A stretch of 64,000 bases of DNA from a virus. The first letter of the stretch is position 1; every line of letters begins with the position of its first letter. The stretch lies in the IMG/VR virus record IMGVR_UViG_3300012964_000002, positions 1 to 64,000 of that record, one strand, 5' to 3'. The notes under the pieces were generated by a model. That model worked only from the letters and a program-made list of their open reading frames with translations. It did no database searches and was not told the DNA's origin. The position numbers were made by a program, and so were the translations under genes. Of the stretch, positions 8,099 to 17,246 are shown one piece after another.

Positions 8099-9010
8099 AT
8101 GACCCCAGCGCTCCAGGCAGGACAGATGCACGAGAGAGGCTCGACGATCAGCAAGGGCATCGTGGCGGTCACGGACGCATCGCTCGACGCGGCGGGCGCG
8201 ATGACGTACTGGAGCCTGTCCGGTGAGGTCAAGCACGACGCCCTCGCCGCCGCGTGGCGGGCGGAGGGGCTCGACGTGGAGAACCTCCCGGAGCTGGCCT
8301 CCCCGCGCGCCGCGCTCGGACGCGCCGTGAACGAGGTCCGCGCGCGGCACCGGCTGGGGCGCCGCGTCACCGGCGGCTGGGCCATCGTCGAGGAGACCGA
8401 GAAGGAGGCGGGGACGCTCAAGCACGAGCAGACCCTCCACGTCTCCCTCACGCTCACCGGCGGGCTGACCTTCGAGACGCCGACGCGCGGCTGGGACGAC
8501 GAGGCCCGGAAGCTGATCGAGGAGATCCGGCGCGCCTTCGAGCGCTCGCTGTGGAACCTCTCCACGGGGGACGTCGGCGGGTGGCTCTCCTCGCAGGTGT
8601 ACCGGCTCGGTGGGGTCTCGCTCCGCGACACCGGCGGGTTCTACTTCCTGCCCCACATCTCCGTCGAGGAGTGGCGGCAGGTCGTCCGCGCGCTCCGCGC
8701 CGTCTCCGCCGCGACGGTCTACGAGATCCCGGCGCTCCGGACCGAGAGCGTTCTCGACGCCGTGCTCGACGCCGTGGAGCGCGAGGCGGCGGCGGAGGCG
8801 GCGAAGATCGAGGCGGCCATGGAGGCGGGGGACCTCGGCGCGCGGGCGCTCCGCTCCCGCGAGGCCCTGACGTCCGCGATGGAGCAGAAGCTGTCCCGGT
8901 ACGAGAGCACGCTCGGGCGCGCGCTTCCCGCGCTCCAGTCCAGGCTCGAGACCCTCCGCGCCGGGCTCGCCTCGGCCATCCTCGCGGCCGAGGCAGAGGC
9001 GGCGCCGTGA
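8099..9010 (+). CDS. phage protein, possibly DUF6744-like
   Basis: AGGAGGAGG RBS; YWSLSG...GGFYFLP pattern, C-terminal coiled coil. Confidence 0.65.
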   Translation: MTPALQAGQMHERGSTISKGIVAVTDASLDAAGAMTYWSLSGEVKHDALAAAWRAEGLDVENLPELASPRAALGRAVNEVRARHRLGRRVTGGWAIVEETEKEAGTLKHEQTLHVSLTLTGGLTFETPTRGWDDEARKLIEEIRRAFERSLWNLSTGDVGGWLSSQVYRLGGVSLRDTGGFYFLPHISVEEWRQVVRALRAVSAATVYEIPALRTESVLDAVLDAVEREAAAEAAKIEAAMEAGDLGARALRSREALTSAMEQKLSRYESTLGRALPALQSRLETLRAGLASAILAAEAEAAP

Positions 9011-9390
9011 AGATCGACCCGCTCGCGGCGCTGGCGGACCAGGCCCGGCGCCGCGAGACGCTCCAGACGCTCCAGACGCTCGTGCTCGACTGCGACGGGT
9101 CCGACCTCTCCGCCCTCTCCAGGATGATCCGCAAGCGTCGCAAGACGCTCAACATGCTCGACGACTACCGGGCGCTCGCGGAGCAGGAGTTCGAGGTGGG
9201 AGACCACGTGCGGGTCGTGAAGTGGCACGGGAAGCCGGCCGGCGTCGTGACGCACGTGGGCGAGCGCGTCGTGGCCGTGAGGCTGGACGACGGCTTAGAA
9301 GCGCGCTTCGACGCGCGCTTCGTGCAGCACGCGGATCGTCTGATCAAGGCGGCGCAGAAGGCCCATCATCAGGCGAGGGCGGGAGGCTAG
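9007..9390 (+). CDS. hypothetical protein with SH3/KOW-like domain
   Basis: FEVGDHVRV...GVVTHVG...VAVRLD; GTGA overlap. Confidence 0.6.
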   Translation: MKIDPLAALADQARRRETLQTLQTLVLDCDGSDLSALSRMIRKRRKTLNMLDDYRALAEQEFEVGDHVRVVKWHGKPAGVVTHVGERVVAVRLDDGLEARFDARFVQHADRLIKAAQKAHHQARAGG

Positions 9391-9391
9391 G

Positions 9392-9982
9392 GTGTCCGTC
9401 GCGCGGCCGAGAGGCGGGAGGCGCCCCGGGGAGAACCTGCCCGGGGACGCCGTGGCGTTCCGGGAGACGGAGACCTGCGCGCGGTGCGGCGCTCCCGTCC
9501 GGAAGCTGGGGATGGAGGCGCACCTGCGGGGCGCGCCGTGCAAGCTCCGCGCGACGCGCCTCCGCATGCGCGAGAAGGGTTGGGCTCCCGTTCCGGAAGG
9601 CGAGACGCTTCGAGAGCACAAGCAAGCGCTCCGTGTGCTGGAGGCGGCGGACGTTCCCTTCGAGGTCGCGCCCTCCCACGAGGGGTTCGGGAACACGGTG
9701 ACGGAGTCCTTCTGGGCTCCGGAGTGGGCGTGCGTCGTGCTCCACGTGGCGCGGCGCTTCGTCGCCTCGACGTTCTCGCCCGGGCCCGAGCACGGCGGGG
9801 TGCCGCACGACGTCGTTCTTCTGCTGCGGGTCGTGGCGGAGGACGAGGAGCTGCGCGGGGCCGTCATGGCGGCGACGGAGCTGTCGTCGGAGAACGAGGA
9901 CGCGGTGCTCGCGCTGCTGGGAATCCCGCGCGAGGAGTTCAAGGGCATCGACTTCACCAAGCTGAGGAGGCACGGACGATGA
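9392..9982 (+). CDS. zinc-finger WAPEWA-motif protein (paralog of 22102-22662)
   Basis: CARC...HL...C, WAPEWA, DEELRGA. Confidence 0.65.
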   Translation: MSVARPRGGRRPGENLPGDAVAFRETETCARCGAPVRKLGMEAHLRGAPCKLRATRLRMREKGWAPVPEGETLREHKQALRVLEAADVPFEVAPSHEGFGNTVTESFWAPEWACVVLHVARRFVASTFSPGPEHGGVPHDVVLLLRVVAEDEELRGAVMAATELSSENEDAVLALLGIPREEFKGIDFTKLRRHGR

Positions 9983-10548
9983 GCGACGAGGAGAAGGTTC
10001 CGCCGATGTGGACGCCACCGCGGAAGCGCCGACGCAACGAGCGTGTGCTCCCGCCGCTCCCGGAGTCGGCGACGCGGCTCGCGCAGGAGATCCACGAGCG
10101 GGCGCAGCGCGCCCTGGCCGAAAAGCTTGCGACCGTTGAAGCTCAGGTGCGCTCCTGCGTCGACCAGGCGATCCAGAAGGCGGTCGGCGCCGCCATCGGA
10201 ATGAGCGACCCCTGGGGGCGGCTAGATCCGAACGGAAAAGTCGGGAAGGCCATTCAGGCGGCCGCGGAGGGGCGCATCTCGTCGGCCGTGAGCGCCGCCG
10301 TCGAGGTCTACTTCGCGGGGGCTCCCCTCGGCGAGCTTCTCGGCAAGGACGAGCTGGACAAGATTCGAGCGCGGATCCGCGCTGAAATGGCCAACGCCGT
10401 CGAGGTGCAGGCCAGGAAGCTGGCCGAGCAGCTCGTCGCCCCGGCGGCGGAGCGCCTCGCGCAAGAAGCGCTCGAGCAGCTGCAGGCGTACTACGGCGCG
10501 GCGAAGCTCGTCGCGGCGGAGGGGAAGGGAAACGGCGATGCCGAGTGA
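9979..10548 (+). CDS. helical hypothetical protein
   Basis: GAGGAGG RBS, ATGA overlap. Confidence 0.6.
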   Translation: MSDEEKVPPMWTPPRKRRRNERVLPPLPESATRLAQEIHERAQRALAEKLATVEAQVRSCVDQAIQKAVGAAIGMSDPWGRLDPNGKVGKAIQAAAEGRISSAVSAAVEVYFAGAPLGELLGKDELDKIRARIRAEMANAVEVQARKLAEQLVAPAAERLAQEALEQLQAYYGAAKLVAAEGKGNGDAE

Positions 10549-11164
10549 CATCCCCCCCGAGGACGTGATGGACATGGCGCTGGCCGCCGCGCTTCGATAC
10601 CGCAGGCGGTGCTGGTGGGCCGACGTGAGGGACCTCCAGGCGGAGGCGGCGCTGGCGATGTGCAGCGCGCTCCGCTGGGCCAGGCCGGAGGGGGACATGC
10701 GGGGCTACCTCTGGCGCGTGGCGGTGGTCGCCTGCCGGAACGCTCTCCTGCGCGCGAGCGCGCCCGTCTCCGCCGGCAAGAACAACCTCGACGCGCTCCG
10801 CGGGCTGCGCCGCGCGCCCGTGGGGGAGGCCGAGGCGGACCGTCACGTCGTCGTGCGCGGGGACGCGGGGGGCGACGTTCGCATCAGGGCCCGCCCGCGG
10901 CGCGCCGCGGCCCCCCCGGCGGACGAGACGCTCGACCGCGCGGCCTGGGAGGAGCGGGTCAGGAGCAGGCTTCGCGTCGTCCTTCAGACCGTGCCCGACG
11001 CGGACGCGGCGCGCGCGGTGCTGCTGGAGGACCGAAAGCCGAGGGAGGTCGCGGAGGAGGCCGGCGTGCCCGTGCGAAGCGTGTACCACGCGACGCGCAA
11101 GGCGCGAGAGGTCATAGCGCAGGATCTCGAGCTGTACGAGCTCATCGTTGCGGCGCGGGGCTGA
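10538..11164 (+). CDS. RNA polymerase sigma factor (sigma70/ECF-like)
   Basis: Region 2-like DLQAEAALA...GYLWRVAVVACRNAL; region 4 HTH PREVAEEAGVPVRSVYHATRKA. Confidence 0.75.
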   Translation: MPSDIPPEDVMDMALAAALRYRRRCWWADVRDLQAEAALAMCSALRWARPEGDMRGYLWRVAVVACRNALLRASAPVSAGKNNLDALRGLRRAPVGEAEADRHVVVRGDAGGDVRIRARPRRAAAPPADETLDRAAWEERVRSRLRVVLQTVPDADAARAVLLEDRKPREVAEEAGVPVRSVYHATRKAREVIAQDLELYELIVAARG

Positions 11165-11229
11165 GAAGGGGGCCGCCGGAACGTCCGAGACGTGATACAA
11201 GCGACGGAAACGGAGGAGGAGGAGCAAAC

Positions 11230-11865
11230 GTGCAGAGACTGACGCTGGACCCGGCCACGCTCGTCGAGATGCCCGGCAACGAGAACGTGATGGACCCGAG
11301 CGTGTACCGGAGCCTCGTGCGGTTCATCCGCGAGAGGGGGTTCAAGGAGCCGATCCTCGTGCGTCTCCTCCCCGACGGGCGGCACGGCATCGTCGGCGGC
11401 GTGCACCGGCGCAGGGCGGCGGTGGAGTTAGGCCTGCCGCTCGTCCCGTGCGACCTCGACGAGACCATCAAGACGGACGAGGAGGCCAAGATCGTCCGCA
11501 TCGGCATGAACAGGCACCGCGGCGACCTCGACCTCTCCGCGGTCGGACGCACGCTGGCGGAGATCATCGCGGAGGGGGTTCCGATCAACGAGGCGACGCT
11601 CTCCGGCTACTCCGAGGAGGAGGTCCGCGCGCTCGTGGAGTCGGCGCGCGGTGGCCCCTCCCCGGACGAGCTCATGGCGGGGGCGCCACCCCCGCCTCCG
11701 CCCCAGGAGCGCGAAGACGACGGAGGCGCGGGCAAGACCGTCGTCGTGCTCGAGGTGCCGTTCTCGCAGAAGCAGGACCACGACCGGGCGCGCCGCGCGC
11801 TCCGGCGAGCGGGAGGCGGAGACCTCGCGCGCGGGCTTCTGTCGCTGATCGACGGAGAGGACTAG
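11230..11865 (+). CDS. ParB/Srx-domain protein
   Basis: NENVM...GFKEPILVR...IVGGVHRRRAAVELG; strong RBS. Confidence 0.8.
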   Translation: MQRLTLDPATLVEMPGNENVMDPSVYRSLVRFIRERGFKEPILVRLLPDGRHGIVGGVHRRRAAVELGLPLVPCDLDETIKTDEEAKIVRIGMNRHRGDLDLSAVGRTLAEIIAEGVPINEATLSGYSEEEVRALVESARGGPSPDELMAGAPPPPPPQEREDDGGAGKTVVVLEVPFSQKQDHDRARRALRRAGGGDLARGLLSLIDGED

Positions 11866-11868
11866 GTC

Positions 11869-12111
11869 ATGAACCAGCAGGAGATGATGGCGGCGAGGGG
11901 CTACCTTACCATCAACGAGGCGGCCCGCCGCTGCGGGCTCTCCCCCGACGGCACGTACAAGCTCGTCGTGTCGGGCAAGGTCAAGAGCGTGAAGGTCGGC
12001 AAGTTCAGGTACGTGCTCAAGAGCAGCCTCGCGGAGCACTTCGGGCCGGAGGCGGCCGAGATCATGGGGCTCGCCGATCCGCCGCCTCCCCCGCGCCGGA
12101 GGACGCAGTGA
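11869..12111 (+). CDS. excisionase-like HTH DNA-binding protein
   Basis: YLTINEAARRCGLS...YKLVVSGKVKSVKVG...YVLKSSL. Confidence 0.8.
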   Translation: MNQQEMMAARGYLTINEAARRCGLSPDGTYKLVVSGKVKSVKVGKFRYVLKSSLAEHFGPEAAEIMGLADPPPPPRRRTQ

Positions 12112-13505
12112 TCGTCGAGGTCGGCAACCTCAACGCGCGAGTCACGGCAGGCACCGACGCCGAGAAGCGCTGGGCGCGCGAGTACCTGTCGTTCGACGAC
12201 GTCGGCTTCAAGAGGCGCGGCGGGCGCGTCGACATGTACAACGTGATGAACGACTCGTTCCCCGCCGGCTTCCTGGGGATGGTCGAGAAGGCCGCGCGGG
12301 CGGCGCGCGTCTCGCTGAGCGTGGTGGACCGCCGCTCCGCCCCCGCCGCGCTCGACCCGGCGGCGGACCTCTCCTGGCTGCGCAAGGATCAGGTGGACGG
12401 CGTCGAGCTCGCCGCGACGCGGACGCGGGGGCTGCTCTGGCTCCCAACGGGCGCCGGAAAGACGGAGATCGCGGTCGGCCTGACCCGGCGCGTCCCGTGC
12501 CGCTGGCTGTTCCTCGTGCACCGCGCCGGCCTGATGGACCAGGCGGCCGAGAGGTACGAGAAGCGCACGGGACTCCCCGCCGGGCGCATCGGCGAGGGGA
12601 TGTGGACGGAGGAGCGGTTCACGGCGGCGACGTTCCAGACCGTGAGTCGCGCGCTCGAGGGCGGGGATCCGCGCGCGCTCGCCTTGCTGGAGAGGTCCGG
12701 CGGCCTGATGGTGGACGAGGCGCATGTTCTGCCCGCCGAGTCGTTCTGGGCCGTCGCCATGAAGTGCCGCGCCCACTGGCGGATCGGGCTCTCCGGAACG
12801 CCGCTCGCGCGGGGCGACCGTCGCTCGCTCCTCACGGTGGCGGCGCTCGGGCCGGTCATCTACCGGATCCGGCCGGACGTGCTCATCAAGGCCGGGATCC
12901 TCTCCCGCCCGAAGATCCGGCTCAGGAAGATCGCGCACCACGACATCAAGGGGAACCTGTGGCCCGCGGTGTACAGGGAGTGCATCGTCGGCTCCGCCGC
13001 GCGCAACCGCGCGGTCGTGGAGGACGTCAGGCGCGCGCGCAAGCCGTGCCTGGTCTTCGTGAAGGAGATCGATCACGGGAGGCTGCTCGAGAAGCTGATC
13101 CTGCGCGCCGGCCTCCGCGCGGAGTTCGTCTGGGGCACCGACTCAACGGAGGAGCGGAAGGCGGCGATCCGGCGGCTCGCGCGCGGAGACGCCGACGTGC
13201 TCGTCGCGAGCGTCGTCTTCAACGAGGGGGTGGACATCCCCGAGCTGCGGTCCGTGGTGGTGGCCTCCGGCGGCAAGAGCGTCATCGCGGCGCTGCAGCG
13301 GATCGGGCGCGGCATGCGAGTTCAGAAGGACGCGGCCGGGAACGTCGTCAAGGACGAGTTCCAGGTCTTCGACTACTTCGACGAGGGCGACAGGTGGCTG
13401 CGCCGCCACTCGAAGGCGCGCGTCAAGGCGTACACGAGCGAGGGGCACGAGACGGTGGTCGAGGACTTCCCGCAGAACCTGCCGAGCCTCGGAGGAGCGC
13501 CGTGA
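12108..13505 (+). CDS. SF2 DNA helicase (UvsW/ResIII-like)
   Basis: PTGAGKT, DEAH, SGT, EGVDIP, QRIGRGMR. Confidence 0.92.
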   Translation: MIVEVGNLNARVTAGTDAEKRWAREYLSFDDVGFKRRGGRVDMYNVMNDSFPAGFLGMVEKAARAARVSLSVVDRRSAPAALDPAADLSWLRKDQVDGVELAATRTRGLLWLPTGAGKTEIAVGLTRRVPCRWLFLVHRAGLMDQAAERYEKRTGLPAGRIGEGMWTEERFTAATFQTVSRALEGGDPRALALLERSGGLMVDEAHVLPAESFWAVAMKCRAHWRIGLSGTPLARGDRRSLLTVAALGPVIYRIRPDVLIKAGILSRPKIRLRKIAHHDIKGNLWPAVYRECIVGSAARNRAVVEDVRRARKPCLVFVKEIDHGRLLEKLILRAGLRAEFVWGTDSTEERKAAIRRLARGDADVLVASVVFNEGVDIPELRSVVVASGGKSVIAALQRIGRGMRVQKDAAGNVVKDEFQVFDYFDEGDRWLRRHSKARVKAYTSEGHETVVEDFPQNLPSLGGAP

Positions 13506-13726
13506 CGGAGGAGCAGCAGGCCAGGGCCGCGGCCGCGCTCCTGGGTGGCAACGGGTGCGTCGTCTGCGAGGGGTGCGGGGAATGGCTCTCCGACCGCGAC
13601 GCCCGATTCTTCAAGGACGGGCGCTGGTGGAGGTGCCGCAACTGCACGCCGTTCATGGACCGCCTGATGCCCTGGTGGCTGCTTCTTCTCGCGCTCGTCG
13701 GCGCCTCGGCCGAGCTCGCTCGATGA
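13502..13726 (+). CDS. small zinc-finger membrane protein
   Basis: CEGC...CRNC plus hydrophobic C-terminus; GGAGGAG RBS. Confidence 0.55.
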   Translation: MTEEQQARAAAALLGGNGCVVCEGCGEWLSDRDARFFKDGRWWRCRNCTPFMDRLMPWWLLLLALVGASAELAR

Positions 13727-14028
13727 GACCGGGAGCCTGGGAGAGGCGCGAGAAGGAGCGCCACCTCGAGCGGGTTGCCACGCGCGCCACGTTCGGCCGG
13801 CGCACTCTGGAGAAGGCGGCCAACGCGGCCGCGGACGAGCTGAGACCCCGCGCCGTCGTCGACTGGGCGTCTCCGACCGTGCGGCAGCTGCACAAGGCGG
13901 CCACCTTCGCCGCGATCTACGGGAGCGACGGGAGCGTCATGTGCATCGACGAGGTGGCGAGCTTCGACTTCGCCGACTTGGAGCGCAAGGTGGTGTCGAC
14001 CCTAAAGAAGATGCGCGCGGGCAAGTAG
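13723..14028 (+). CDS. small protein carrying PolA motif B- and motif A-like segments
   Basis: RQLHKAATFAAIYG and FDFADLERKV; ATGA overlap. Confidence 0.6.
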   Translation: MRPGAWERREKERHLERVATRATFGRRTLEKAANAAADELRPRAVVDWASPTVRQLHKAATFAAIYGSDGSVMCIDEVASFDFADLERKVVSTLKKMRAGK

Positions 14029-14035
14029 GATCAAC

Positions 14036-15571
14036 GTGTCGCTGGCCCGCCGCCTGTGGAAGGTGAGCGCGAACGCCTCACGCCGCTGCTCCGGCGCGAG
14101 CTCGCTGCCGTTCGAGACGTTCCGAAGGAAGCTCGGCGAGCCGGCGCTCCTCGTCTGGGAGGCTCTGGTCAGGCACCGGGGGGAGGAGGGGTTGTGCTGG
14201 CCGTCGACCGCGCGCGTCGTGCAGTCGGTGGTCGAGTGCGGCGGCGCGGTGGTGACACGCCGCGTCGTGAAGCGCGCGCTGCTGCGGCTCCGGCGCCTCC
14301 GGCTGCTCGAGGACCACGGCTGGAGCGCGCGGCCCGACCGGCGCCCGGGCGACGTCTACCTCCGGACCGTGCGAGGATCTGTGCACCCGGACGGGGATGG
14401 TGGCTGGGCGGCGCGGATCCCGGGAGAGGCAGCGCGGGCGCTCCGCGCGGCCGCCTCCCGCGGCGGGAGGAGGAAGGGAACGGGGCGCCGCGCCGCAGGC
14501 ACCACGAGTCGAAATCAAAGGGGTCCCACTTCCCCGGAAAACGCACTCCCGGTGCGCGCAATCAAAGGGGTCCCCGGAATAGGATCTATGTCCTCTGAGA
14601 AGCTAGGTACTTCAGCGGTTCCTCCGGAACCGCGCGCCGCGCTCGCGGCGCCGCCCTGTCAGGGAGGAGGGGGACCGCCCGAGCCGGTCGCGGTCGAGTC
14701 CGCCCTCGCCGACCTCCTCCGCGGATCCCGCCCGCCGCCCGCCGCCGTCTGGGAGGCGTGGCCCGGGCGCGGCCCCGTTCCCGTGCGACCCTTCCGGGCC
14801 ATCTTCTACGAACCTGACGCGGAGGGGATCCCGCGGCGCGTGCTCGAGCACGTGCGCATCCCGGCCGCGCGCGCCCTGACCGCGGAGGAGCTCAGGGACG
14901 AGAATCGCGTGATCGACCGCATGTGGTCGGCGTTCAACGGCGCGGTGCGGGCCGTGGCCGGCCTGCCGTGGAGCGCGAGCCGCACGCCGCCGAAGGTCAG
15001 GAACCGCGGGTCCTCGAGGGAGCGCATGCTGGAGATGGCGCGGTGGCTCTCCGACCTGGGGCCGAAGTGCGACCGGTGCGACGGCGACGGGGAGGACGAC
15101 GCGGGCACCTGCGATCGCTGCCGGGGGCGCGGCATCCTCGCCGGCGTCGCCCCGGAGGCGTGGTTCGTCTTCTGGGCGAACAGGTGGGTGGTCTCCACGG
15201 GGCGGCGCCCGACGTCGATGCCGCTCCACTACGCGCTGTCGGAGCAGCACATGGCGAAGGCCAGCTGGTTCCTGCACGAGAAGGACGGATTCGTGGGCGG
15301 GCGCGAGATCCGCACGGCGACGCACGTCGCGATGGACGAGCGGCACGACCAGATGATGTGGTCGCTGCACGAGGAGGCCCCAAAGACGGAGGAGGAGGCC
15401 AAGGCCATCGTGGGCCGCTGCTGGCCGGACGGGCTCTGGAGGCGCATGGTGGCCCGCGCCCGCCGAGAGGTGCACGACGACCAGCTGAGGATCAACGACA
15501 TGGTGAGGCGCGGGGAGTGGGTCTGGTCGGTCGGCAGGGCCAAGAAGCAGCGCAAGGCGGGGGAGGTCTAG
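14036..15571 (+). CDS. putative replication initiator (N-terminal winged HTH)
   Basis: ALLVWEAL...CWPSTARV...VKRALLRLRRLRLLE wHTH; internal repeats; directly upstream of DnaB. Confidence 0.65.
   Translation: MSLARRLWKVSANASRRCSGASSLPFETFRRKLGEPALLVWEALVRHRGEEGLCWPSTARVVQSVVECGGAVVTRRVVKRALLRLRRLRLLEDHGWSARPDRRPGDVYLRTVRGSVHPDGDGGWAARIPGEAARALRAAASRGGRRKGTGRRAAGTTSRNQRGPTSPENALPVRAIKGVPGIGSMSSEKLGTSAVPPEPRAALAAPPCQGGGGPPEPVAVESALADLLRGSRPPPAAVWEAWPGRGPVPVRPFRAIFYEPDAEGIPRRVLEHVRIPAARALTAEELRDENRVIDRMWSAFNGAVRAVAGLPWSASRTPPKVRNRGSSRERMLEMARWLSDLGPKCDRCDGDGEDDAGTCDRCRGRGILAGVAPEAWFVFWANRWVVSTGRRPTSMPLHYALSEQHMAKASWFLHEKDGFVGGREIRTATHVAMDERHDQMMWSLHEEAPKTEEEAKAIVGRCWPDGLWRRMVARARREVHDDQLRINDMVRRGEWVWSVGRAKKQRKAGEV
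14513..14579. repeat. iteron-like direct repeats, candidate replication origin
   Basis: AATCAAAGGGGTCCC at 14513-14527 and 14560-14574; TCCCCGGAA at 14531 and 14571; locally lower GC. Confidence 0.65.
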
Positions 15572-15572
15572 G

Positions 15573-16961
15573 GTGGCCAAGGAGACAAAGGTCAACCCGT
15601 ACAGCTTCGAGCCTTCCCTGGAGCGCGCCCTCGCGCTGTTCTCGTGCTCTCGGCAGCGCTTCTGGGGGCGCGTCGGCCGCGTGCTCGACCCGGACGCGAT
15701 GGGGACGGAGGCGGCGAAGCTCGCGCTCCGCGCCGCCCGGGAAATCTTCGCGGAGACGGGGAACGGTCCCGAGTCGTGCGCGCAGGTTGAGCAGCGGCTC
15801 CGCTCCTGGGTGACGCTGGGTCGCGTCACCCAGGAGAGCGTTCACGACGTGGGCTCTCTCCTGCTCGACACGGAGGATGAGATCGACGCCGGGCGCTGGA
15901 CGGAGGAGTCGGCAGTCGCGGAGGCGGTGAAGATCCTCCGGCCTCGCCTCGAGCAGCAGGCGCTCGTCAAGGGCATGAGCGAGTGGTCGGCGCGTGGCGA
16001 CCTCGTGGCCGTGGCGGAGGAGCTGATCGCCGTCTCGCGCGTGGGAGACGCCGACTCGTCCGCTGGGCAGGTCTTCGGCCCCACGTCCATCGTTCCGTCG
16101 ACCGGGAACAGCGGGCTCAAGACGGGGATCGGCCCGCTCGACGACGCGCTCGGCGGCGGAACGCAGCGCGGCGAGCTCTGCGTGGTGGCCGGCGGCTCCG
16201 GAGACGGCAAGAGCATGTTCCTGAATCAGGTGCAGGCGCAGGCCATGCTCCAGGGCAAGTTCGTCGGCTACGCCACGCTGGAGGTCTCCCCCACCGTCCT
16301 CGACAGGCGCCTCGCCGCGAACCTCACGGCGATCCAGATCGACGTGATCAAGGACGGCACCGCGATCGAGAAGGTGCGCCGCTCGGTGGGGAAGATGCGG
16401 CTCGGGACCCGCTACGTGAAGGAGTTCACGGCGCACGCGACCACCGTGTCGGATCTGCGCGAGTGGGTTCGCACGCTGGAGCAGCAGGAGCGGCGCCGAC
16501 TCGACGTCCTCATCGTCGACTACGCCGACCTGCTCATCGCGCCGAAGCGCCACGACGACGGCTACCATGACATGAAGGAGGTGTTCACCGCGCTGCGCGC
16601 CTACGCGCGCGACAGGGACATCTGGCTGTGGACGGCCGCCCAAACGCAGCGCAAGAAGGACAAGCAGAAGAAGGTGACGGGGGAGAACGTGGCCGACTCG
16701 CTGCACAAGCTGCGCATCCCGGACACCATGGTCACCCTCAACTACGACGAGGAGACGAAGGACATCGAGCTGTACCTGGCGAAGGGCCGCGACATCGAGG
16801 GCAAGAAGACGGTCTGCACGCTGCCCGCCGCGTTCGACACCGGGATGGTGGTGCCCGTCTCCAGGCACGGGGCGAACGCTCCGCCGGAGCTGGGCGACGA
16901 AGAGGCGGACGCGAACCTCGCGGCGGGCGAGTCGCGGGACGGCGGCGTGTCCTTTCCATGA
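15573..16961 (+). CDS. dnaB: replicative DNA helicase, DnaB/SF4
   Basis: GGSGDGKS, TLE, LIVDYAD, WTAAQTQR, LAKGR. Confidence 0.88.
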   Translation: MAKETKVNPYSFEPSLERALALFSCSRQRFWGRVGRVLDPDAMGTEAAKLALRAAREIFAETGNGPESCAQVEQRLRSWVTLGRVTQESVHDVGSLLLDTEDEIDAGRWTEESAVAEAVKILRPRLEQQALVKGMSEWSARGDLVAVAEELIAVSRVGDADSSAGQVFGPTSIVPSTGNSGLKTGIGPLDDALGGGTQRGELCVVAGGSGDGKSMFLNQVQAQAMLQGKFVGYATLEVSPTVLDRRLAANLTAIQIDVIKDGTAIEKVRRSVGKMRLGTRYVKEFTAHATTVSDLREWVRTLEQQERRRLDVLIVDYADLLIAPKRHDDGYHDMKEVFTALRAYARDRDIWLWTAAQTQRKKDKQKKVTGENVADSLHKLRIPDTMVTLNYDEETKDIELYLAKGRDIEGKKTVCTLPAAFDTGMVVPVSRHGANAPPELGDEEADANLAAGESRDGGVSFP

Positions 16962-16976
16962 CGGACGGGGGTTGAG

Positions 16977-17246
16977 TTGGGCGACGAGCACGACGACGTG
17001 GCGCGGCGGATAGTGGACGAGACGCGCATGCTGGTCCGCGAGGCGATGCGGGGGCCGCGCCCGCGCGCTCCGCTGTTCCTGTTCGGGACGATCCCGGCGC
17101 GCGCGCTCGTGCTCTGGGAGGTGATGGACGCCGTGCGGAAGATCGACGACGGGGACCCCGTCGCGCGCGAGAGGTTCCCCCGCATGATGCAGGCGTTCGT
17201 GAAGGTCGTCATGGCGGTGGTCGAGGACGAGGTCCCGTTCCGGTGA
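16977..17246 (+). CDS. hypothetical protein
   Basis: Fills the gap between helicase and primase; GTGA overlap. Confidence 0.55.
   Translation: MGDEHDDVARRIVDETRMLVREAMRGPRPRAPLFLFGTIPARALVLWEVMDAVRKIDDGDPVARERFPRMMQAFVKVVMAVVEDEVPFR

Noticed and set aside
9056-9081. Short 9-bp tandem repeat (AGACGCTCC)
   Set aside because: In-frame TLQTLQTL duplication; trivial slippage
11869-12111. Excisionase as evidence of an integration module
   Set aside because: No integrase or att site recognised in the window; this HTH type is common as a general regulator
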